In this document: positions 1 to 9,827 of the stretch, piece by piece | How positions within the stretch are numbered: the stretch's first letter is position 1 | Layout: every line of letters starts with the position of its first letter | Source: Blastocystis sp. subtype 4 | Lineage: Eukaryota | Length of the DNA: 20,000 bases | Reading direction: 5' to 3' | NCBI RefSeq assembly: GCF_000743755.1 | Contig: NW_014569503.1 | Span: forward strand, 51,785-71,784 | Notes under the pieces: generated by a model | Database searches by the model: none | What the model saw: the letters and a program-made list of their open reading frames with translations, nothing else | What the model was told of the DNA's origin: nothing | Program-made: the position numbers and the translations under genes

Positions 1-600
1 ATTCTTCCATATCTACAGTAAAATCAGGAGAAGCAGGAGCCGGGTTGAGAATAGCTATAATCTTCCTTTCCGAACAGCAACGAAGAAGCCACTTTACAGT
101 CGATAGAGGAATCTCTTGTTGTAGCACCATGATCTTACAATTCTGTAGGAACAAAGGTGAATGTAACTATAATGAAACCCTAATCATAAAAGTACTTGTT
201 CTGGCATCAATTGAGCATTTGCTCCAGGAACTACCACAATGGTATTTTCGCCATTTTGATCGATACAGATATTCGTTAATCCCGTCGAGTAAGCGCTATT
301 GACGATCAAGCTTTCTTTTGTCATATGATATCGATCTAGTGTATCCATAATGATTTGAGCATTGTGATCACTTCCAACAGAAGAAACAAATGATAATATC
401 GTTGGATCAGTAACCAACTTGGCAATTGCCACTGCCTGATTCAGACCCTTACCACCACAACGGATTGAGAAGGATTTGGCTAAAATGGTTTCTCCTATTC
501 ATCAAACCATCCAAAAGCAATAACCAGGCTGTGGGAACTGACTTACTGTTGTTATCATATCAACATTGGATGAGCCAACAACAAGGATGGGAGAAGACAT
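1..600 (-). CDS. RBKS: Ribokinase (PfkB family), 3' end outside window; introns 495-524 and 167-195
   Basis: ATG at 600 gives MSSPILVVGSSNVDMITTVSQFPQP|GETILAKSFSIRCGGKGLNQAVAIAKL...IDQNGENTIVVVPGANAQL...VLQQEIP...ILNPAPA after removing 30-nt and 29-nt GT-AG introns. These are typical ribokinase motifs (GSxNxD, PGET, GGKGxNQA, NPAPA). Confidence 0.93.
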
Positions 601-610
601 CAGAAAAGAC

Positions 611-615
611 AAAAA
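611..615 (-). terminator. RNA polymerase III terminator (T5) of tRNA-Gly
   Basis: TTTTT directly follows the discriminator base on the minus strand. Confidence 0.7.
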
Positions 616-687
616 TGCGTCAACCGGGAATTGAACCCGGACCTCTACCTTGGAAGGGTAGAATCCTAACCATTAGACCATTGACGC
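616..687 (-). tRNA. tRNA-Gly(TCC)
   Basis: Minus strand reads GCGTCAATGGTCTAATGGTTAGGATTCTACCCTTCCAAGGTAGAGGTCCGGGTTCAATTCCCGGTTGACGCA. Complete cloverleaf, anticodon stem CTACC/GGTAG with loop CTTCCAA, T-loop TTCAATT. Confidence 0.96.
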
Positions 688-752
688 TCTAGTAGGGTTT
701 GTTACCTCCTATTGTTCAGGATTTGGTATTCTCTTTATGACCCACCATTTCA

Positions 753-1395
753 ATGCGAGGAAAGCCATTTATTTCTTATTATGATCAAGCACTCAAACTC
801 TTAAGTAACAGGCCTCATGCGTATGGATTGAGACTGAACTGAAGGAAAGGGAAAAAGAACTGCGCCAGAAACTGAGTATTTTATCAAGGAAGCGGAGTAA
901 TCGCCGAATCTACAAGAAACATGTTCAAGAATCACATCCCAACATGGGTTTCTCATCTGTATTCGTAAATGAAGCATCTCCAGGTAGTCTGTGTTGTTTT
1001 TATTGTGAAATAGATGATGATAAAGAGGAGATCGAGAGTGCTATTACCAAACTCAAGGAAGAAGGATATTTGAATGATAAGCAGTTTGCTGAATGGTACT
1101 GCTTACAACGACAAGATTACAATCCTCGTAGTCAGCGTGTTCTGTATCTTGAGTTGATCACCAAAGGTGTGAGTCCTTCCATCGCAAAGGAAATTATCCA
1201 TGATTATCACTGTGAAGAGGAATGTTGTAAGTCTGTTGCCTTGAGGAAAGTGGGTTGTATGTCCCACAATAAACTTGTTACCTATTTACTTGGAAAAGTA
1301 ATACAATGACTAGACGTTTAATAGCACAGGGATTCGCCATGGATACAATTAAGAAGACATTGAAGACTCTTCCAGATTTTAGTCAAGATTGTTAG
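753..1395 (+). CDS. recX: RecX-family RecA regulator; introns 821-849, 984-1013, 1298-1329
   Basis: Spliced protein MRGKPFISYYDQALKLLSNRPHA|EKELRQKL...EIESAITKLKEEGYLNDKQFAEWY...RSQRVLYLELITKGVS...KLVTYLLGK|GFAMDTIKKTL. This matches the RecX pattern ALxLLSxRxHSxxELxxKL / GYLNDxxFA / ELxxKGV / YLxxKGF. Confidence 0.88.
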
Positions 1396-1524
1396 ATAGA
1401 TATCTTTTTGTTTGTAATTATTTCTTGTATTTCTTTTGAATGGATGCAATCGTCGATGTAATATTAACACAACCCTAGTATTTATTGCAAACTTGGTTTA
1501 CCCTTGCTTCTTTGTTGAATTAAA

Positions 1525-2028
1525 ATGCTCGTTGATAGAAAGGATATTCTTCTTGTGTATCGCCAGCTCTTTGAGGGTAGGAAGTGGTAACACTGGTGTT
1601 TACTCTCTAGATGGAGTCTTCACCACCATTGATGACGTCCACGCCACCTACGTGCTCGGAAAGGACGAAAACGGAGAAGACATCACCATCAGCAACTTGA
1701 AGGTCATTAAGCTGCTTCAGTCTCTCTGCTCTCGTGGATATGTCAACAAGACCTACAGCTGGTGGGAATACGACAGTTGGTTGATTGTAGGTGCCATTTC
1801 TACTACACCTTGACTGATTCTGGTCTCCAGTATCTCCGTGAGTTCCTCCACCTTCCTAACGACATTGTCCCCAACACCTACAGAAGAGTGAACCCCACTC
1901 TTCCTCGTGAGGAGAGACCCCGCTTCCACCGTGATGGTGACAAGCCTCGTTTCCGTCGTGATGGTGAGCGTCGTCAGTACCGCAACAACCGCAGCGGTTT
2001 TGACAAGGAGCAGCCTAAGGAGAACTAA
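1525..2028 (+). CDS. RPS10: 40S ribosomal protein S10 (eS10); introns 1577-1610, 1762-1790
   Basis: [20 protein letters not shown]...[53 protein letters not shown] plus an R/D/G-rich tail. Plectin/S10 domain motifs. Confidence 0.96.
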
Positions 2029-2096
2029 GTTCTTCAACGACCATGCCAGATAACGAAAAGTTGTTGGTTATTCTTCAAAGGGTAACTTGGTCTCAT

Positions 2097-2104
2097 TGTT
2101 TGTT
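2097..2104 (+). promoter_or_regulatory. TGTTTGTT GU-rich polyadenylation element (RPS10)
   Basis: Exact TGTTTGTT about 70 nt after the RPS10 stop. Matches the known Blastocystis 3'-end motif. Confidence 0.75.
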
Positions 2105-2298
2105 AAGTAATCGTTGATGTTGTATGATGTTGGATTGTTCAAGTATGAAGTCCCTTCGAAGCAGCTTCGATACTTTCATCATTTCGTATTATGTTTCTCA
2201 CTAGATTCAGAGATAATAGCAGTGGTCACTTCCGCGGGAAATTTGGAAAAATGCATTAGAACAGTAGAGATCAATCTTGTTCTGTAGCTTCTCTGTAA

Positions 2299-5200
2299 AT
2301 GGATCTATCATCTGAAGATACTGACGATTTGGCTCTTTTTCAGTGTAAGTGTTTTCGAAGCATGGTGAAAAATAGCAAATCTAGATGGGTGCCTTTACGG
2401 AATCAAGTCTTGTTTGAGCATGAAGAGCAAATTGATTGGGCGAAAGAAGTTGATGGAGCAGAGAGTCACTTGCTTTTCTCTCGTCTAATGATTAGGAAGT
2501 GATGATTGAGTCATTTCTCAATCTTATGATCAAATTACTTAGCGATCATCCAGAGATCCACGATTGTCCGTTATTACACAGTATTTATCATCTATAGTGT
2601 GTTTTGAAGAAGAATATATCTCTGTATTATCAAAAATATTAACCGATCGTAAGAGCTTTTCTTCTCAGATTATTGTTGATGTATTGTTCATTCTCTCTTC
2701 CCATCTAGGTTTTTAAGATTTTCATCATATCTTGCTCGAATCGAAGTGCTCTATCGACATATGTAAGTCAATGCGAGGCTTCTCATGTTTCTTCTCTTAT
2801 CTGGTTTGATCGACTCTTATCAACGGTTTTCCAATGTCGTTCTGACCTCGACTACGGATATTTTGCCCTCACTGCATTGTATTACATGATCTACAAGTTG
2901 GTTTTTGATCTCCACCTTAATGGTTAGTAAAGAATGTGCTCGTCAACTACGAGATGAAGGTATTTTATCAGAACTTATCATGTACACAGAGAATCTGGAT
3001 GATGACAGCTTGACTCCTGGAGAGTTGCAACAGTTGGGAAACAGTATTATTGAGAAAATCATTCTCGAAGGAGGAGAAGAGACGTTACAGTATTGTTCGA
3101 TTCATGAGCTTTTGCTATTGGTAAACTGTCACAATGCTACTGCTCAACTTGCTTCATTGATCATGCTTGCGGATCTCTGTTACTGGAGTTCTATGCCTTC
3201 CTATCAACTAATATCCTATCGACAAGATGTTACAGAGTGTAGTTGTCGCTTCAAGTATGTGAATGATCCGTACATCGATTGCATTGCTGTATTTTGGGTT
3301 ATGGTTTTTATTAGAATTCATGTCTAGAAACAAGAATTACTCTATATTTACAAACGTAATGCCGATGACACAGTTGATGCGGTCCCATATTGCAAAGTGG
3401 GGTTGGATAAGGTTTATATTGCTTATGGTTCTGCAGACTATGGAACCTATTATAATCGACTCACATTCTATTTACCTGGTGGAACACCTATCGCTCTCCA
3501 ATTCCCTTCGTATTTTTGGAATTCCAAAAATCATAAGTAGAGAGGATTCATATCAGATTTGGAGTAAGAAAATGAGTCAATTTCCAGTGTATGATGTGAA
3601 TTCGTATCCTTTGACCAATATGTCGAGTGGTGAATGTATGTTCAGTGATCCTTGATAACCAATAGTCCCATTCTACAATTTGAAATTTGAGATCTGTGAA
3701 GAAGACTGTATTCAGATCACTCCAGATATTCTCCAGTCATTGAAACAGATCCTCAACACAGATATCGTTGTTCCCGAGATGTATCTTTATGTGGATTCTA
3801 TGTCTTGTTCTCATGGATAGATCGCTCGCTTGTTACATCTCGCATCGATTACAGCTGAAGGATGCGAATTGCTGATGAAGAGTGATTTGCTCCCAGATAT
3901 TATGAATGTCCTTGTAAATGTGGATATTCCGTTTGTAAGCAAGAAACAAGAAGATATTGTATATCGTGACATTTTCTGGAATTCCATAATTCATAGGATA
4001 TTTGACAAAGATTGAGGCAACAGATTTGGTTCTCAATATCCGAATCTATTTGGTTCAGTGTTTACATAATGTAAGAGTATTTTGGTCATTCCATAATTAG
4101 CTCTGTTATTATAACTATGCTGTGGCTCAAATTAACTCCGACTATTCCTGGTTTTACTCTACATTAATAGAGTATTTGAATGCTGAAGAGTATCAGTCGA
4201 TCGCACTAGTCATGATTCATTTAATGGAATTACTAATTTCGAATCTATCTTCTGACAGTATCAGTCTTCTCTCAGATTTCAAGATTGAAGTGTTAGTGAG
4301 TGTTTATAATCGTCGATACACGGAATTGAAACGATTGTTACTTCTACGAAGTATTGATCACATTCTTCGACAGTTATGTCGTTTCGGTCATTCAATGATT
4401 CAGCAACTCACACAAGGAGGAGTATTAGAATTCTTGTTAACACTTCAGCATGATGAGTCAATGGATGGTCAGCCTATTCATCGTAGTAATGAGATTCTCG
4501 ATCTGTTGTACGGTCAGGAGGAGTCTGTTCATGACTTGTCATTCCATCAAATCTTTCAGTTGGTTGATACTACTGCTCCGTATGCTGTAGTCCGTGCATT
4601 AGAAGAGTTGGATCATCGTATCGCAGATCTGTTACATCAAATCAATCCAGTACTTCGTAATCCACAAGGCTTACAACGAGCAATGTCGTTAATGTCCTTG
4701 TCCTTCCGTAGTAGCATGTCCACTTGTTCTGTGTTCTCACGATCCCAATCAGGTGAAGAAAGTGATGAAGAACCATCTGAAGTCTTTGAGAATGACTTCT
4801 TATCACGTTCTCAAGTATATACTAAGAATCGTGAGAAAGGATTGCAATCAGCAATGAAGTCTATTCAGGAGAGTGAATATCGTAATACTGCCTCTGCTAT
4901 CAAGCATCTCTCAAAAGAACCCCTTCATTCATTATATTCTGATTCCGCACAGTCTTTGACTACACCAACTTCCTCATCCGAATCATTTCTTTATCAACAG
5001 TATGCTGAAATGACAGAATCCTTACAGATTTTGCATTCGGTATTGACTCGCGCTGGAAATCTGGCATATCCAACTGAATCACTATCTCTTCAATACAGCA
5101 TTCTTCGTCGCTTAGGCCAGGTACTTCGTCATTACTGTGAGAGTGAACGATTATGTGATCAACTTTGGCGAGATCAGGTCATCAAAGATTTGTTTGCAGC

Positions 5201-8200
5201 TGTGGGCTATGCCAAATCAAAGAAGACAAATGCTTCAGAACAGCGTGTTGCTGATGATGGCTCATTCTATGCAATTGGATGTGTTTTGTTGAACTTCTTC
5301 CGGCGTTTCCAAGGAGATATTTCTGATCTGTGGCATCTCAATGACAAAGAGGATGTCACCACACTGAAGATTCTTCGAGTTATGATGGAATCTCGAGACG
5401 CATCTGAAGAAACCCGAGCTCTGTATATTCTTGTTGGTGCTACTGTACTCCGTTGTCCTCAGTTACGAACAGAGTTCCTCGCTCGAGTGGATTTGAGTCG
5501 AATGATTCAGCAAATGAATCTTCGATCTCCTTTCTTAATGGAGAGTACATCATATCTCTTGGGGTACGAATAGAATGAAAGAGTGATTTATAGACTGTTA
5601 GCTCAAGAAGAGGAGTATCGTAAGATATTCATTACCAAACTCAGTGATTTCCCTGCTTTGTTATGTGAGCTCCATTCCTATCCAGAACATACCATGTCAG
5701 CAATGCTCTTTGCTCTTCAGAGTTTTGTATTGAGTGATCTTGGTAAGAACACACTTGTTCAGAATACACAAGGCATTCTTCAATCTCTTGTTCAGCTATC
5801 TCAAGGTCGAGTAAGTCTGTCAATGGATTCTGATTGAGCAGAGTATCTACAGTCCCAACGAAGGAGTTGGAAGTTCCATTATCAAACGGGCTAGAACTCT
5901 TCTTTCGTATCTCTTTGTAGTAACAGAGACATCCAGTCAATCAACTCTTCAAGACTTCAGTAATGATGTTCTTTTCCTCCTTCTTTCTGTTGATATTCCT
6001 CTTGTTATTGTGTGTGTCTTAAAGGTACGTTCTCATTCTATTGCTGAAGGGTAGTTACTTGCTGATCGACTAAGTGTTGGTGCTCCTCCAGCACGTGATT
6101 TTATCTATCTACCAATCAAAACCGATCGAATTGAATGTCGTAGTAGCAGTCGACGAAGTAATTGGACCTTATACAGTATGGTGTTGGATCGAAACCGACT
6201 TCTTCTGTATCGAGTAGAATCGAATTTGTGTTATTATTCCTAGACCACGAGCTATCTGTGTAACAAAACTGTATCATTGGAGGATGTCGAGTTAGACCAG
6301 AATCCTGATGAAGCTCGAACAAATGGAATTCGTGTAAGTTCTCGATATGAGAGTGAGACATATCGTCTATTCAGGTTTTCGAATGATCGTGATTACTATG
6401 AATGGGAACGAGTTAGAATCATCATGACTGTTCACTCATAGTATTTCTCTTCTGTTATTAACCATCGACTTCCAATTTTATCCTCTGAAGATACTGTGAA
6501 GAACATTGATCGTTGTGACTCAGCTGGACCTGTCATGCCTGACTATACGTCTATCTTCTCTGTTACAGATCAAGAGAGTCCCAAACATTGGGGTCAACCA
6601 GACTTTATGTTAGCAGCAGCTTTGACAGATGAGAATGCGTTACAAATCATTGGATTCCTTCGATCTCCCTCTCTATTGACAAGAGTTCATGCAGCCCGAG
6701 CTCTCTCTCATATTTTTACTTCAGCTGCACACACACTCTCTGTTGGAATCTTCCAACGTTTTATTGAAGCATTCCATCATCTCACAGATCAGCTCGTTGA
6801 TGAAGTACAACCAGAAGAACACCTCTTTCGACAAGTCTTCTACTCTCTTCATTCAGGTCATTGGATTTGCCCAATATGTCTTTGTGATTCACTTCAATTC
6901 GAACAAGTATGTTATTGCTGTGGTGCAAGTCGAATTGATCGATTGAACAACAGTTCTTCAGGAACCACATATACCCATGAACGCTTGCTTTGGGGTTACA
7001 CACGTTACATGTACGAATGTCTCCTTGTCTGTAGTAGCAATCCTTTCCTTGCTCAAACCATCACTGTTGCTGATCTTCGTTCCATGGTTCGTTTCATGAC
7101 TCAGGCTGATGCTACGGGAGTGATCATCTGTTGTAAACTCCTCTGTAATATCCTCATTCATACCAAAGCCAAGAAAGATGAGGAAATTATGGAATTCCTA
7201 AAAGAGGAAGTATTATATCATTCCATTCAATCCATCCTTCAAACTCTTCCATCTTCTCACTCCAGTATGTTTACACTCTTCCATTTGACAAATCTTATAA
7301 TTCTTCTCTGTGATTATGATGACGAGATTCGAACCGTTTTCACGACAAATAATGGAATTGAAATTCTTCTCAGTATTTACAATTTCTCCCTCCCACCTGG
7401 TCAACATGCGAATTTGATTGGTTTCGTCGGCGAAGAAATCCGAGCATTGTGGGGTGGTCAAGGTCGTTCTGCTCTTGCTCGATGTAACATCCATCAGCTA
7501 ATGAGCCTTCTACTGTGGGCAGTTGACAACGAACGATCGGAGAGTGTGAAGGGGAGTGTTGGCGACAACGCTATGTCGTATCTCTTGCGTTATGCATATG
7601 GAGATGACAAACAGAAGCAGATCTCCAATGAGCAAGAAGTGTTACTCAAGTTCGGAGTTCCACGGTTATTGGTGCTGGCCAATGTCATAATCTCGTATGG
7701 AAAGTTCCGAGAATTTTCTGCGAGATCTGAACGGTTGTATTTCAGTGAGTGCGTGTTGCAGATTGTGTTGAGTCTTTCAGAGTCACTGAATCGATGCAGA
7801 GTAAGGGATTATAACTCCTGTGAGTTGTAGACAATCCATTTGAGTCGTCACCTCCTTCAGAATGGGATTACTTCGATTTTGCTAAGTATCGCTCGATCCC
7901 CGTGGATCCCGTATTCAACACGAGATCTTAGTATCCAATGTCTTCTTTCACTTCTCCAATCCAATGCTCCAGCCACAGTATGATTCGTACTCAATCTTAC
8001 CTCTAGAATGCGATGCTTAGTGATGATCGTATGGCTGTAAGCAAGATTCTCACATATGTTCATGATCGAGTCCCTGCTACCGACTTCAACTCATCCATTA
8101 ACAGTGCAGATGTCACTCCTCTGAATACTGTGTTCCGTCTCCTTTGTACTCTAGCTCATGTGGGTGCTGGCGCTCTTCAAATTGTAAAAGGAAATGTGTT

Positions 8201-9524
8201 CTTTCCTATCCTTCTGGCAATGAGTAGTCATGATGATGCTGTAAGCATATGGAATGTCCCTTAGCAATAGCTACGCCTAACAGCGGCTGAACTTCTCTGG
8301 ACACTCCTTGACAAAAAATGTGCCTTTTTAGGTAGTCCATTAGGACAGAATTTGTCGGTGAATTCGTTGATTGATCGCTTATCTAAGACTCTTCGGGATA
8401 CTGTGGAGAAAGGCCGTCAAGATGCATCCACACAGAAGTTGCTTCTCTATCTTGTGAACTGTATAACCGTGATTGCATTCAGTGGTCCACGTCGTCTTCG
8501 GATTGACGAGAATACGCTGCAGTGCATGCTTCGCATGATCTCCTTCTTTAATATCAATCGAAGTGGACTCACACCTCCATACTCTCCTACAGACTGTCTT
8601 CATATTCTCCTCAGCCGGAGTCGGTAAGGTTCGATGGATTTTGTGATGTGTAGAGATGGCTGGAGCCTCCTTAATCGCCTATCTCCTCGACTATTGGTTG
8701 GTATCTTGGCCCTTCCAGATATCTACTTGCAGTGGTTAGCAGCAACGGAACTGGAGTCGCGTCTCCAGCGTGTATTGACTTGTGAAATGGCAGAGCTACC
8801 AACTGAGTTTGAGAATACTGAAGTGTCCGTTCAATTTGCTAATGTGACTGTGAATGCCCGTGTGTTTCTGAGCAAGTGGAATCTCTGGATGTACCATGTG
8901 GAAGACTCTCGGATGATCTGTCGACGTGTGTTTCTCCCAGGACTTCATATCATTAAAGGTCAGTCTACACGACTAGTATTGAGTGCAGGAGATGCCCAAC
9001 CACTTATCCTGGAGTTATCTGACGAGACTCTCACGAATAAGTGGTGTTCTCAACTCCAGTCCTTTGAACTTCAGCATGGAGATTCCTGGCAATTCATGCT
9101 TCGTACACTCAACCCCAATGATCAGGGTAGTCTTTCACATATCACATTACGCACCACACCCACCTCCTCACAGTCAGTGATTCTTCATTCTTCTGTCCCT
9201 ATTATGACTGCCCAGATGCTGAATGAGGCTCTGGCTCAGAATCATTATAGTTTGGACACATTGAAATCGAGTCTTAATAGGCAAGTGGCTGCATATGCCA
9301 CACGATTACAAACCATGATACAAATTATGACCGAAACTGGAACTCATGCTGCAGAGGTACAATCACTTCTTCGGGAATTGGAGAAATCGGAGGAAATCCT
9401 GTTTGAGCGAGAGTATGGTTTGAGGGTAGGACTGATGAATAGAATGAATTGGAGTATTGAAATGCCGATGGCTCCTGCTAGTATTCCAATGTGTAAATCT
9501 GAAGTGAAATCGGATGAAAAGTAG
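2299..9524 (+). CDS. Uncharacterised ~2,200-aa protein: ARM/HEAT-like helical regions, PH domain(s), RanBP2-like zinc finger; about 21 short introns
   Basis: All + strand ORF fragments from 2299 to 9524 join in frame through short GT-AG introns (e.g. 2345-2375, 2465-2495, 2581-2609, 2681-2708, 3791-3820, 4071-4100, 6214-6243, 7801-7830, 8241-8270). PH-like segment ~6115-6460 (RRSNWTLYSMVLDRNRLLLYR...VSLEDV...FRFSNDRDYYEWERYF). WICPICLCDSLQFEQVCYCC starts at 6862. Confidence 0.78.
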
Positions 9525-9592
9525 TATCTATTTGATTGTTTATATTGTGTTTCTTTTTACGAATTTGTTTTTATTTCATCTATTAAATTTGT

Positions 9593-9820
9593 ATGGAACC
9601 TCTTAAACCGTCAGTGATTTCTATCACTCCTGATGATGTGAAAGTTGAAAATGAATTTAAAATTAAGATATAGATGGTTAGTGAAATGCAATCGAGGATG
9701 GTAGCAAAGACAGAAGGCCAAACGAGAGAAATGACAGCTGGAGAACGACGAGATCGGCTCATTGGTATTAAATCAACTGTTAATCGGTTATATTCATCGT
9801 TTCTTCAACAAACAAGATAG
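9593..9820 (+). CDS. Candidate small protein (~65 aa), one 30-nt intron 9644-9673
   Basis: MEPLKPSVISITPDDVK|MVSEMQSRMVAKTEGQTREMTAGERRDRLIGIKSTVNRLYSSFLQQTR*. A modal-length GT-AG intron removes an in-frame stop, and the gene fills an otherwise large gap between convergent genes. The 3' end is uncertain. Confidence 0.5.
9807..9814 (-). promoter_or_regulatory. TGTTTGTT GU-rich polyadenylation element (membrane-protein gene)
   Basis: AACAAACA on the + strand, 13 nt beyond the minus-strand TAG at 9828-9830. Confidence 0.75.
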
Positions 9821-9827
9821 AATCTAC

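Noticed and set aside
426..692. 88-aa + strand ORF
   Set aside because: Antisense shadow of ribokinase and tRNA-Gly; RQPGIEPGP is the typical translation of a reverse-complemented tRNA.
1..1395. Bacterial contig or operon (ribokinase, tRNA, recX)
   Set aside because: Both protein genes have spliceosomal introns, the tRNA lacks an encoded CCA and has a Pol III terminator, and the neighbours are eukaryote-specific.
1753..2037. 94-aa minus strand ORF
   Set aside because: Antisense shadow of RPS10.
2251..2259. uORF ATG-CAT-TAG upstream of the giant gene
   Set aside because: It is probably upstream of the transcription start given the short leaders here; there is no evidence it is transcribed.
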